A stretch of DNA of 64,000 nucleotides from contig CAWFKQ010000010.1 of NCBI GenBank assembly GCA_963816395.1, positions 184,651 through 248,650 on the forward strand, given 5' to 3'. The notes beneath the pieces are model-generated. The model had not been told where the DNA came from, made no database searches, and saw nothing but the letters and a program-made list of their open reading frames with translations. The position numbers and the translations under genes were made by a program. Within the stretch, counting starts at the first letter, position 1. Every line of letters begins with the position of its first letter. Positions 1 through 9,631 of this stretch are shown here, piece by piece. This DNA comes from an uncultured delta proteobacterium (lineage in GTDB: Bacteria > Desulfobacterota > Desulfuromonadia > Desulfuromonadales > JACZKF01).

Positions 1-2
1 TC

Positions 3-476
3 GAAACCGCTTCCTCCGCCGAGACGCTGGCTCTCGGTCGCCTTCTCGGCCAACTGCTGGAGCCGCCGGCGATTTTTCTGCTCAGTGGTGATCTGGGGGC
101 GGGGAAGACCTGCCTGGTACAGGGGCTCGCCCGTGGCCTCGGAGTGCCGGAAGAGGAGCCGGTAACCAGTCCTTCCTATACCCTGCTGAATATCTATTCC
201 GGCCGCTGCCAACTCTACCACTTTGATCTCTACCGTCTCGCCCAAGCCGAAGATCTGCTAGACTTGGGGTTTGAGGATTATCTGGATGCCGATGGCGTTA
301 CGGTGGTGGAGTGGGCGGACCGGATTCCCGACCTGCCGGCCGGCGGCCTTCACCTGCACCTGCGTCATAGCGGCGAAGAATGCCGCCGGTTGACCTTCAC
401 GACCGTTGAGGATCGGTATAGGAGGCTGTTGGCGGCATTACAGCGGCACTGGCAGGAAAGGGGGAGAGAAAAATGA
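3..476 (+). CDS. tsaE: tRNA threonylcarbamoyladenosine biosynthesis ATPase TsaE (5' end outside window)
   Basis: Frame from nt 3 reads LSGDLGAGKT (Walker A), VTSPSYTL, HFDLYRL and VEW, all TsaE/YjeE motifs. Confidence 0.93.
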   Translation, partial: ETASSAETLALGRLLGQLLEPPAIFLLSGDLGAGKTCLVQGLARGLGVPEEEPVTSPSYTLLNIYSGRCQLYHFDLYRLAQAEDLLDLGFEDYLDADGVTVVEWADRIPDLPAGGLHLHLRHSGEECRRLTFTTVEDRYRRLLAALQRHWQERGREK

Positions 477-1888
477 CCGAGTTCGATATCGCCGTTATCG
501 GCGGCGGCGTCGGTGGTTACGTGGCTGCCATTCGTGCCGCCCAGGGCGGGGCCTGCGTCTGTCTGGTGGAGCGGGCGGAGGTCGGTGGCACCTGCCTGAA
601 CCGCGGCTGCATCCCGACCAAGGCGCTCTACAGCACCGCCCATCTGCTGCAGAGGCTCCGCCAGGCCGGGGCGCACGGCATCGAGGTGCCGGAATTGCGC
701 TTTGATTATGCCCAGGCAGCCCGCCGCAAGGACGAGGTGGTGGCCAAACTGGTCGGCGGAGTGGAGCAACTGCTGAGGGGGAACGGGGTGGAAGTTTTCC
801 GCGGCGAAGCTTCCCTGGAGGGCCCGGGACGGGTGCGCATCCACCGCCAGGACGTCACCGGCCATATCCGGGCGAAGAACATCATCCTCGCTACCGGGTC
901 CCTGGCAGCCCGTCCCAAATCCCTGCCAATCGATGGGAAAATTGTTTTGACCAGCAATGAAATTCTTGCTATTAAGGAGCTTCCGAAGAGCCTGCTGGTG
1001 ATCGGCGGCGGCTATATCGGCTGCGAATTCGCCAGTATTTTCTCCGCCTTCGGCACCGAGGTGACGATCGTCGAACAGCTCCCCGTCATCCTGGCGCGCA
1101 GCGACCGGCAGGTGGTGCGGGAAGTGGAGAAGGCTCTCAAGGAACAAGGAGTGGTGATCCACACCGGTGCCTCGGTCGAAGCGCTGGAACCGGGCGACGG
1201 CGAGGTTGTCGTGCGCCTTTCAGGCGAACGCACCCTCCAGGTGGAGAAGGTGCTGGTTTCGGTCGGACGGGTGCCCAATGCCGCCGGCTTCGGTTTCGAA
1301 GAGGCCGGGGTGAAGCTGGAGCGCGGTGCGGTGGTCGTTGACGAGCGGATGCGCACCTCGGTCGAGGGGGTATACGCCGTCGGCGACGTCACCAATATCA
1401 TCCAGTTGGCCCATGTCGCCATGTACCAGGGGGAGATCGCTGCAACCAACGCCCTCGGCGGCAATGCCCGCGCCGACTACCGGGTGGTTCCCAGCACCAT
1501 TTTCACTCTGCCGGAGATCGGTCAGGTCGGCCTGAGCGAGGAGGAATGTAAGGAGCAGGGGCTGGCGGTAGATGTCGGCCGCTTCACCTATCAGGCCTCC
1601 GGCAAGGCGCTGTGTGATGGCGAGACGCGGGGTCTGGTCAAGGTCCTGGCCGCCAGGGATGACGGCCGCCTGCTCGGTGCCGCCATCGTCGGCGAGGAAG
1701 CCTCGGCCCTGATCGCCGAGGTGGCCGTCGGCATGCAGCAGCAGATGACCGCCGCCGCCCTCGGGTCCGTAATTCACTCCCACCCCACCCTGCCGGAAAT
1801 GATCAGGGAGGCGGCTGAAGATAGCGAGGGGTTGGCGGTTCACAAGATTGGCCGGAAGCGGGGAAGCCGCACATCCGGCAGGGAATAG
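473..1888 (+). CDS. lpdA: Dihydrolipoyl dehydrogenase (E3)
   Basis: GGGVGGY FAD site, [13 protein letters not shown] redox disulfide and C-terminal HPTLPE; ATGA overlap with the tsaE stop. Confidence 0.95.
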   Translation: MTEFDIAVIGGGVGGYVAAIRAAQGGACVCLVERAEVGGTCLNRGCIPTKALYSTAHLLQRLRQAGAHGIEVPELRFDYAQAARRKDEVVAKLVGGVEQLLRGNGVEVFRGEASLEGPGRVRIHRQDVTGHIRAKNIILATGSLAARPKSLPIDGKIVLTSNEILAIKELPKSLLVIGGGYIGCEFASIFSAFGTEVTIVEQLPVILARSDRQVVREVEKALKEQGVVIHTGASVEALEPGDGEVVVRLSGERTLQVEKVLVSVGRVPNAAGFGFEEAGVKLERGAVVVDERMRTSVEGVYAVGDVTNIIQLAHVAMYQGEIAATNALGGNARADYRVVPSTIFTLPEIGQVGLSEEECKEQGLAVDVGRFTYQASGKALCDGETRGLVKVLAARDDGRLLGAAIVGEEASALIAEVAVGMQQQMTAAALGSVIHSHPTLPEMIREAAEDSEGLAVHKIGRKRGSRTSGRE

Positions 1889-1941
1889 CCGGTCCGCAGT
1901 TACGCAGGCGCTTTTTCACTCCAAAGGAGGAATCAGCTATC

Positions 1942-3174
1942 ATGGCACTTGTTGTGCAGAAATACGGCGGAACGTCCGTCGGCACCATCGAGAGGATCCG
2001 CAATGTGGCCAGGCGGGTGGCCAAAACCTATGATGACGGTAACGACGTTGTAGTAATCGTTTCCGCCATGGCCGGCGAAACCAACAAGTTGGTGGCGCTG
2101 GCCAATGAAATGTGTGAATTTCCCAGCGAACGGGAATACGACGTGATGGTCGCCACCGGCGAGCAGGTGACCATCGGCCTGCTCGCCATGGCCCTCAATT
2201 CCATGGGGTACAAGGCCAAAAGCTATTGCGGCTTTCAACTCCCGATCATCACCGACAGCGCCTCCTCCAAGGCCCGCATCGAGCACATCGAGGATAGCAA
2301 AGTCCGCGAGGATCTGAAGAACGGCACCATCGTGGTGGTCGCCGGTTTCCAGGGGATCGACCGGGAGGGGAATATTACCACTCTGGGCCGTGGGGGCTCC
2401 GATACTTCGGCGGTGGCGGTCGCGGCGGCGCTCAAGGCCGATGTTTGTGAGATCTTCACCGATGTCGACGGGGTTTATACCACCGATCCGCGCATCGTTC
2501 CTGAAGCCTCGAAGATGGAAAAGATTTCCTACGACGAAATGCTGGAGTTGGCCTCCCTCGGATCCAAGGTGCTGCAGATCCGTTCGGTGGAATTCGCGAA
2601 AAAATACGGCGTGGTGGTCCACGTCCGTTCAAGCTTCAACGATAATCCAGGCACGCTGGTGCGGAAGGAGGATGCCGATATGGAAACCGTTCTGGTTTCG
2701 GGAATAAGCTACAACAAGGATGAGTCCAAGGTTTCGGTGTTCCGGGTGCCCGACCGGCCGGGAATCGCTGCCAAGCTCTTTTCTCCCCTGTCGCAGGCCA
2801 ATATCACCGTGGACATGATCATCCAGAACGTGTCGCACGAAGGGTTTACCGATCTCACCTTTACCGTCCCCAAAGGCGATTTCAAAAAGACCTTGAAAAT
2901 CGTTCAGGAAACCGCCAATGAGATCGGCGCCAGCGGCGTCGCCAGCGACGAGAACATCGCCAAGGTTTCGATCGTTGGGGTCGGCATGCGCTCCCATTCG
3001 GGCGTCGCCAGCAAGATGTTCCAGGTTCTCTCCCAGGAGGGAATCAATATCCAGATGATTTCCACCAGCGAAATTAAAGTCTCCTGCGTCATCGATGCCA
3101 AATATACCGAATTGGCAGTGCGGGTGCTCCACGAGGCTTTTAACCTGGGCAGGAAGGAAGCGGTGGCGGAATAA
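1942..3174 (+). CDS. lysC: Aspartate kinase
   Basis: VQKYGGTSV and [11 protein letters not shown] motifs, two ACT domains, AAGGAGG RBS. Confidence 0.97.
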   Translation: MALVVQKYGGTSVGTIERIRNVARRVAKTYDDGNDVVVIVSAMAGETNKLVALANEMCEFPSEREYDVMVATGEQVTIGLLAMALNSMGYKAKSYCGFQLPIITDSASSKARIEHIEDSKVREDLKNGTIVVVAGFQGIDREGNITTLGRGGSDTSAVAVAAALKADVCEIFTDVDGVYTTDPRIVPEASKMEKISYDEMLELASLGSKVLQIRSVEFAKKYGVVVHVRSSFNDNPGTLVRKEDADMETVLVSGISYNKDESKVSVFRVPDRPGIAAKLFSPLSQANITVDMIIQNVSHEGFTDLTFTVPKGDFKKTLKIVQETANEIGASGVASDENIAKVSIVGVGMRSHSGVASKMFQVLSQEGINIQMISTSEIKVSCVIDAKYTELAVRVLHEAFNLGRKEAVAE

Positions 3175-3212
3175 ATCCTGCTGGGAAATCAAGATAAATA
3201 CAGGTAGGGTTG

Positions 3213-3235
3213 GGGGCGGCCCGGCGGGTCGCCCC
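3213..3235 (+). terminator. GC-rich hairpin between lysC and cimA
   Basis: GGGGCGGCCC...GGGTCGCCCC inverted repeat; no U-tract. Confidence 0.35.
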
Positions 3236-3260
3236 TGCGATGAAGGGGAGTGCAAATGCA

Positions 3261-4838
3261 ATGGATCTGATCAAACTGTACGATACTACGCTGCGTGATG
3301 GCACCCAGGCGGAGGATATCTCCTTTCTGGTGACGGATAAGATCCGCATTGCCCAGCAATTGGACGAGTTGGGCATCCATTACATCGAGGGCGGATGGCC
3401 GGGAAGCAACCCCAAGGATATCGCTTTCTTCAAGGAAATTCAGAAGGTCACCCTGAAACAGGCGAAGATCGCCGCATTCGGCTCCACTCGTCGGGCGAAA
3501 ACCACCCCGGAGAAGGACAACAACATTCGCACCCTGATCCAGGCCGAGGCGGATGTCGTCACCATTTTCGGCAAAACCTGGGACTTCCATGTCCGCGAGG
3601 CGCTGCGCATCAGCCTGGAAGAGAACCTGGAACTGATCTACGACTCCCTCGCCTATCTCAAAAGTCACGTCGGCGAGGTGATCTACGATGCCGAGCACTT
3701 CTTCGACGGCTACAAGGCTGATCCCCAGTATGCCTTGAAGACCCTGCAGGCCGCGCAGCAGGCCGGTGTCGACTGCGTGGTGCTGTGCGACACCAACGGC
3801 GGAACCCTGCCGCACGAGCTGCCCGCCATCCTGGCGGCGGTCAAGCAGGTAGTAACTGTCCCACTCGGTATTCACACCCATAATGACGGCGAATGCGCGG
3901 TGGCCAATTCCCTGGTGGCGGTGGAGCAGGGGATCGTTCACGTCCAGGGAACCATCAACGGTTTCGGCGAGCGCTGCGGCAACGCCAATCTGTGCTCGAT
4001 TGTTCCCGCCCTGCGCCTGAAAATGGGCAAGGAGTGTATTGCCGATGGCAACCTCAAACGGTTGCGGGCGCTTTCCCGGTTTGTCTATGAACTAGCCAAC
4101 CTGGTGCCGAACAAACACCAGCCTTACGTCGGCAACTCCGCTTTCGCTCATAAAGGAGGAGTTCATGTCTCGGCCATCCAGCGTCACCCGGAAACTTACG
4201 AACACATACGGCCGGAGAAGGTGGGAAATCTGACCCGGGTTTTGGTTTCCGATCTCTCCGGGCGCTCCAACGTCCTGGCCAAGGCCGAGGAATTCCACCT
4301 CAACCTGGACAGCAAGGATCCGGTGACCCTCGAAATCCTTGAGGAGATCAAGGAGATGGAGAATAAGGGCTACCAGTTCGAGGGCGCCGAAGCCTCCTTC
4401 GAGCTTCTTATGCGCAAGGCGATGGGAACCTTGCGCCACCACTTTTCCGTCATCGGCTTCCGGGTTATCGACACCAAGCGGCACGAGGAGGAGAAGCCCT
4501 CCTCCGAGGCGACGGTGCAAGTGAAGGTGGGGGGGAAGATCGAGCATACCGCCGCCGAAGGAAACGGCCCGGTGAATGCCCTCGACAATGCCCTGCGCAA
4601 GGCACTGGAGAATTTCTACCCGCAACTGCGGGAGATGCGCCTGCTCGATTATAAGGTGCGAGTCCTGCCGGCAGGAAAAGGAACCGCCTCGGTGACCCGG
4701 GTACTGATCGAGTCGGGGGACAAGGGCGGACGCTGGGGGACGGTTGGAGTTTCCGACAATATCATCGATGCCTCCTACCATGCCCTGATCGATGCCTTTC
4801 AATTCAAGCTGCATAAGGATTTGGAGAAGAACGAGTGA
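3261..4838 (+). CDS. cimA: Citramalate synthase (LeuA-like DRE-TIM family)
   Basis: [33 protein letters not shown] and AFAHKGGVH motifs; lies after lysC as in Geobacter. Confidence 0.92.
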   Translation: MDLIKLYDTTLRDGTQAEDISFLVTDKIRIAQQLDELGIHYIEGGWPGSNPKDIAFFKEIQKVTLKQAKIAAFGSTRRAKTTPEKDNNIRTLIQAEADVVTIFGKTWDFHVREALRISLEENLELIYDSLAYLKSHVGEVIYDAEHFFDGYKADPQYALKTLQAAQQAGVDCVVLCDTNGGTLPHELPAILAAVKQVVTVPLGIHTHNDGECAVANSLVAVEQGIVHVQGTINGFGERCGNANLCSIVPALRLKMGKECIADGNLKRLRALSRFVYELANLVPNKHQPYVGNSAFAHKGGVHVSAIQRHPETYEHIRPEKVGNLTRVLVSDLSGRSNVLAKAEEFHLNLDSKDPVTLEILEEIKEMENKGYQFEGAEASFELLMRKAMGTLRHHFSVIGFRVIDTKRHEEEKPSSEATVQVKVGGKIEHTAAEGNGPVNALDNALRKALENFYPQLREMRLLDYKVRVLPAGKGTASVTRVLIESGDKGGRWGTVGVSDNIIDASYHALIDAFQFKLHKDLEKNE

Positions 4839-5391
4839 GCAGATCTCGGGGACCGGCGCTTTTGTTGCCGTTCCTCTTCGCGGTTCTTCTCTTTCCCTAT
4901 GGCCGGGCGGCCCTCCACCAGGAGGAAACCCCGGCCTTTTTTTCGGTCAGCGGAAGCTGGATCGGCTATGGCAAAAGCTTCCCCAACACCCGGAATCCAT
5001 CAATTATCTGACGGTACCACCCTCCGCGACGTCATTGAAATGACGGTCATGCACGGGAACCATCTGCTCCCTCCCCGCAGGCCTGCTCAATTCACCCCTG
5101 TCGTCCGGGACCCGCCTCGAACTTCTCCCCAGCAATCCAGATTGCTTTGAGATTCAGAGCAGTTGGCTTCCAGCCGGGCAGCGGGTGGCGCTCGGGGTGC
5201 CGCTGCATCCTGATCGCATGGCCCTGGAGGACTGGAAATTCCTCCCCGGGGTCGGGCCGGCTCTGGCCAAGGCTATTGAAATGGACCGTCAACAAAATGG
5301 CGATTTCGGCGCTCTCGAAAATCTGGAGCGCGTCCGCGGCATCGGTCCCAGCCGGATTGCGACCTGGAAGGAATTTTTTACTGACAGATAA
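4835..5391 (+). CDS. ComEA-like helix-hairpin-helix protein (two apparent frameshifts, ~4985 and ~5075)
   Basis: C-terminal [12 protein letters not shown]...LERVRGIGP HhH pair; hydrophobic N-terminus from a GTG overlapping the cimA stop; pieces lie in different frames. Confidence 0.7.
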
Positions 5392-5463
5392 CTCATTGAA
5401 ATAAAAGAAGAACCCCGCCTCTCTTAATATATGCCAAGGATTTTCCACCTTTCTTACGCGTTC

Positions 5464-5479
5464 TGGCACGGCTGGTGAA
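5464..5479 (+). promoter_or_regulatory. Possible sigma54 -24/-12 promoter (imperfect -12)
   Basis: TGGCACGGCTGGTGAA versus consensus TGGCAC-N5-TTGC, ~70 nt upstream of the small Zn-ribbon ORF. Confidence 0.35.
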
Positions 5480-5545
5480 ACGCCTTTGTAAAGAGCCTAG
5501 CCAAAAAGACGAATCAACCAAAATACGCGTTAAGGGGGAAAATTC

Positions 5546-5701
5546 ATGAAATGTCCGAAGTGCAAAGGTAGAATGTATGCCGAGAAATATTACGATTTCG
5601 TCCGGGCCTTTGATGCCTGGAAGTGCTGCTCCTGTGGTGAAGTGATCGATCCCACGATCCTCGCCAACCGGGCACGCAACCACAATCTATTTCTAGGCTG
5701 A
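5546..5701 (+). CDS. 51-aa small zinc-ribbon protein (two CxxC motifs), not in ORF track
   Basis: MKCPKCKGRMYAEKYYDFVRAFDAWKCCSCGEVIDPTILANRARNHNLFLG; AAGGGGG RBS; hairpin downstream. Confidence 0.8.
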   Translation: MKCPKCKGRMYAEKYYDFVRAFDAWKCCSCGEVIDPTILANRARNHNLFLG

Positions 5702-5735
5702 TCATCTTTAACGACAGGATATTTCGAAAACCCGC

Positions 5736-5762
5736 GGGCCGGGAGAGAGAGTCTCCCGGCCC
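5736..5762 (+). terminator. Hairpin after the small Zn-ribbon gene
   Basis: GGGCCGGGAGA...TCTCCCGGCCC inverted repeat. Confidence 0.55.
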
Positions 5763-6101
5763 TGCCTATTTGTTCTCTCTCCACCCGCGACCGGCAATGG
5801 TCGTGACCCGCTTTTTCCCCCTCGTAAATGCGATAAGGATTGAAGATCTTCCTCCGTTTCTTTCCCCAATCAAGAGGCTCTTTTTCTTCCCGGAGCACGG
5901 TAGGCCGGCAGTGCCGGTTATTGGGGTTTTCGAAAATGTCGAGGTCTGTCCCGGCGGGGTAAGGAGCTTACAACCCGTCCCGATTGTCGGCCCAAGGGCA
6001 GTCGTCGGCCGGCTTGCCATCACCCGGGCGGATGCTAAACTAATGGAAAAATTGGCTCCCCGGCAACTTTGTCAGGAATGATGCTTCCGGAAGGAATCCT
6101 C

Positions 6102-7094
6102 ATGGAAGAAAAGAAGGAGCGGGCGCTGCTGGAAGCCCGTGATCTGCTGGCCATGTTTCGCGACATGGTCCGTATTCGCGAGTTCGAAGAGTCCTGCCCA
6201 AAACTTTACAGCCAGGGGAAGATGGGGGGCTTTCTACACCTCTACAGCGGCCAGGAGGCGGTCGGGGTGGGGGTGGCGCATGCCATTCACCGGGACGACT
6301 ACATGATTGCCGCCTACCGGGAACACGGCCTGATGCTCGCCAAGGGTGCAGATCCCAAGTCGGTGATGGCTGAATTGTTCGGGAAGGCGACCGGCTGCAG
6401 CAGGGGGAAGGGCGGCTCCATGCACATGTTTGACCCCGATATTCGCTTCATGGGCGGATATGGAATCGTCGGCGGCCATCTCCCGCTGGCCGTGGGGGTC
6501 GGCTATTCGATCCTCTTCCGGGGGGGAGATGAAGTGGCGGTCTGCTTATTCGGCGACGGCGCTACCAACCAGGGAGTCTTTCACGAGGCGATGAACATGG
6601 GTGCCCTCTACCGGGTACCGGTCGTCTTTATCTGCGAGAACAACGGCTATGGCATTGGCACCAGCGTAACCCGCGCCAGTGCCATGGAGGCGCTGTACAA
6701 GAAAAGTTGTGCCTACGAGACTCCAGGCCTGAAAGTCGATGGGATGGATGTGCTGGCGGTTTACGAGACGGTACGCAAAGCAGTTCAGCGTGCCCGCGAG
6801 GGGGAGGGGCCGACCTATATCGAGGCATTAACCTACCGGTTTCGCGGCCATTCCATCTCCGATCCCGGCACCTACCGCAGCGAACAGGAAAAGAAGATCT
6901 GGCGCGAGCGCGATCCCATTCCTAATTTCGCACACTGGCTGGAGCAGGAGGGGTTTGCCGATCGCGAGGCGATCGCCCGTATCGACGCCGAGGAAAAGGA
7001 AGAAATCGCCGCGGCAACTCGCTTCGCCGAGGAGAGTCCCGACCCCGATCCGGAAGAATTGTGGACGGATGTCTATGTGGAAGATCAGGCCTAA
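6102..7094 (+). CDS. pdhA: Pyruvate dehydrogenase E1 alpha subunit
   Basis: GFLHLYSGQEA, GKGGSMH, FGDGA...ENN TPP motif and TYRFRGHS. Confidence 0.95.
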   Translation: MEEKKERALLEARDLLAMFRDMVRIREFEESCPKLYSQGKMGGFLHLYSGQEAVGVGVAHAIHRDDYMIAAYREHGLMLAKGADPKSVMAELFGKATGCSRGKGGSMHMFDPDIRFMGGYGIVGGHLPLAVGVGYSILFRGGDEVAVCLFGDGATNQGVFHEAMNMGALYRVPVVFICENNGYGIGTSVTRASAMEALYKKSCAYETPGLKVDGMDVLAVYETVRKAVQRAREGEGPTYIEALTYRFRGHSISDPGTYRSEQEKKIWRERDPIPNFAHWLEQEGFADREAIARIDAEEKEEIAAATRFAEESPDPDPEELWTDVYVEDQA

Positions 7095-7144
7095 GGCCGA
7101 AGGCGGAAACTAGCCTGGGTTGTTAGACATTTCAGGAGCCTTGC

Positions 7145-8113
7145 ATGGAACTCACCTGCCGTGATGCCTTGAACCAGGCTTTGCACGAGGAGATGGCGCG
7201 GGACGAATCGGTATTTATCCTCGGCGAGGATGTTGGCCTCTATGAGGGCTCATTCAAGGTCACGAAAGGTTTGCTGGCCCGTTTCGGGGAGCGACGGGTG
7301 ATCGATACCCCGATCTCCGAGGCAGCCATCGTCGGCATGGCCTGCGGAGCGGCAATGACCGGCCTGCGGCCGATTGCCGAGTTGATGACGATCAACTTCG
7401 CTATCGTTGCCATGGACCAGATCATGAATCATGTCGCGGTGGCGCATTACATGTTCGGCGGGCGGGCCAAGGTGCCGATGGTCATTCGCGCCCCAGGCGG
7501 CGCCGGGCATCAGCTTGGGGCTCAGCACTCGCACAATCTGGAGGCCATTTTCATGCACTGCCCCGGACTGCGGGTGATCGTTCCCTCCTTTCCGGCCGAT
7601 GCCAAGGGGTTGCTGAAAAGTGCCATCCGTACCGACGATCCGGTGATATTCATCGAACACGAGGGGCTCTATGGGACCAAGGGCGAAGTCCCGGATGGGG
7701 AATATACCATTCCCTTGGGAGTGGCGGATATCAAACGGCCGGGGCGCGATGTGACCTTGGTGACCTTGTCGCGGATGGTTTACGTCTGCCTGGAGGCGGC
7801 CAAGATCCTGGCGCAGGAGGGGATAGAGGCGGAAGTTCTCGACTTGCGAGGCCTGAATCCCCTGGACATGGTGAGTGTTCTCGACTCGGTGCGGCGGACC
7901 CGGCGGGCCGTGACAGTTGAGGAAAGCTGGCTGACCGGAGGGTGGGGAGGCGAAGTGGCGGCCCGGATCATGTCGGAAGCATTCGACGCCCTCGATTCCC
8001 CGGTGCTGCGCGTCGCTGCTGCCGACGTCCCGATGCCTTACAACAAGAAACTGGAGCAGTCGGCAATCCCCGATGCTGCCCGGGTAGTCGCCCGGGTCAA
8101 AGAACTCCTGTAA
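7145..8113 (+). CDS. pdhB: Pyruvate dehydrogenase E1 beta subunit
   Basis: GEDVG, DTPISE, GLRPIAE and AQHS motifs. Confidence 0.95.
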   Translation: MELTCRDALNQALHEEMARDESVFILGEDVGLYEGSFKVTKGLLARFGERRVIDTPISEAAIVGMACGAAMTGLRPIAELMTINFAIVAMDQIMNHVAVAHYMFGGRAKVPMVIRAPGGAGHQLGAQHSHNLEAIFMHCPGLRVIVPSFPADAKGLLKSAIRTDDPVIFIEHEGLYGTKGEVPDGEYTIPLGVADIKRPGRDVTLVTLSRMVYVCLEAAKILAQEGIEAEVLDLRGLNPLDMVSVLDSVRRTRRAVTVEESWLTGGWGGEVAARIMSEAFDALDSPVLRVAAADVPMPYNKKLEQSAIPDAARVVARVKELL

Positions 8114-8224
8114 ATATTGGGGCAAGAGGCTAGCGGCGAGAGGCCAGAGGGGAAATTCTCTCTTTGCCCTCACCCTGCCGCCCTCGCCTGAATTTAAAAC
8201 CCGTACGCTGGAGTGGAGACGGCC

Positions 8225-9621
8225 ATGGCCATCGAGATTACCATGCCCAAATTGAGCGATACGATGGAGGAGGGAACCATTCTCAAATGGCAGGTCAAGG
8301 AGGGAGACCGCATTTCCCAAGGAGACATCATCGCCGAGGTCGAAACCGACAAGGCGGCGATGGAAATGGAAGCGTTCGATGACGGCACGGTTCGCGAGCT
8401 GCGGGTGCCGGAGGGGGAAACGGTGCCGGTGGGGACGGTAATAGCGGTTCTCGATGCCGCCGGAGAGATGAAGGAAAAGGCGCCTGCAAAAGAAGAAGAA
8501 AAGAGGGAACCGGCCGGTGGGGAGAAGAAAACGGCCGCAGCCGCTGCACGAAAGCCGGCAGAGGAGAAACCAAAGGCGGAAGAAGCGGAGCGGAGGGCTG
8601 AACAGGAAAAACCGGAGGAGAAAGAGGCGGCTGGCGAGGGGGAGGCGAATCAGCGCCGGAGTCGGAGCGGCGACCCCGTGCAGTGAAGGCGCATCCTCCG
8701 GCGGCAGAGAAGTGGCCTGAGACACTTCCTCCCCGGTTGACCCAACAGCAGATTGTCGCTTCGCCGGCGGCGCGCCAACTGGCCGATGAACGGAAGATCG
8801 ATCTAACCCGGGTAAGGGGAACCGGGCCGGGGGGGCGGATCGTTTCGGCCGATGTGGAAAAGGCTGCCTCCGGGATGGGTTTCGAAGCGCCGGTGGCGCG
8901 GCAGAAGGTTCCTCCGCCGCCACCGGAAGGCGAGGCGGCCCTCCGGCGGCCGGAGCGCTCGCTGAAAATCCGCCGCATCGTGGCCCGGAAGATGGCGGAA
9001 AGCTGGCAGAGCATTCCCCACTTCTTCGTCACCGTCGCCGTGGATATGACCGATATTATTCGCATCCGCAAGGATTTGGGGGCGAGTATCAATGACTTCA
9101 TCATCGCCGCCGCTGCCCGCTGCCTGCAGGAATATCCCTGGGTCAACAGCCACTGGGTGGATGGGGATACGGTGGAACAGCCGCAGATCGACATCGCCAT
9201 AGCCGTCGCCACCGATCGGGGGTTGTACAACCCCGTGCTCCGGGACTGCGGGCAGCTCTCCCTGCGGGAGATCGGCCGTCGAACCGGCGAACTGGTAGCG
9301 AAGGCCCACGCCGGCCGACTGAATGCGGAGGAACTGGAAGGGGGGACCTTCACCATCTCCAACATGGGAATGCTGGGGGTCGAATCTTTCACCGCCATCA
9401 TAACCCCGCCGCAGGCGGCGGTGCTCGCCGTCGGCACGGTCAAGGGAGAAGCGGTGGTCGGCGACAAGGGGGAGCCGGGAGTTGCTCCGATGGTCCGCCT
9501 GACTCTTTCCGCCGATCATCGCATCCTCGACGGGGCGGATGCGGCGGAATTTCTCACCGCCCTGAAAAGCTACCTGGAAGCCCCGGTCACTCTTATCACT
9601 CGATCTTACGGACAAGAATAG
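8225..9621 (+). CDS. pdhC: Dihydrolipoamide acetyltransferase E2 (frameshift in linker ~8640)
   Basis: Lipoyl domain EVETDKA; E3-binding ASPAAR...GTGPGGRI; catalytic DHRILDG in the next frame. Confidence 0.9.
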
Positions 9622-9631
9622 GGGAAAATGC

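Noticed and set aside
5766..6081. ORFs on either strand between the Zn-ribbon gene and pdhA
   Set aside because: No recognisable motifs or convincing RBS; treated as intergenic.
7250..8923. Long antisense ORFs (557 aa here; also 26573-28189, 43535-44797, 21206-22357)
   Set aside because: Shadow frames of well-supported genes in GC-rich DNA.
8225..9621. Genuinely split E2 (free lipoyl protein plus catalytic protein; GTGA overlap at 8683-8686)
   Set aside because: The downstream frame is already open through the linker from a G-run near 8640, and the window has many indel errors, so a single E2 is more parsimonious.
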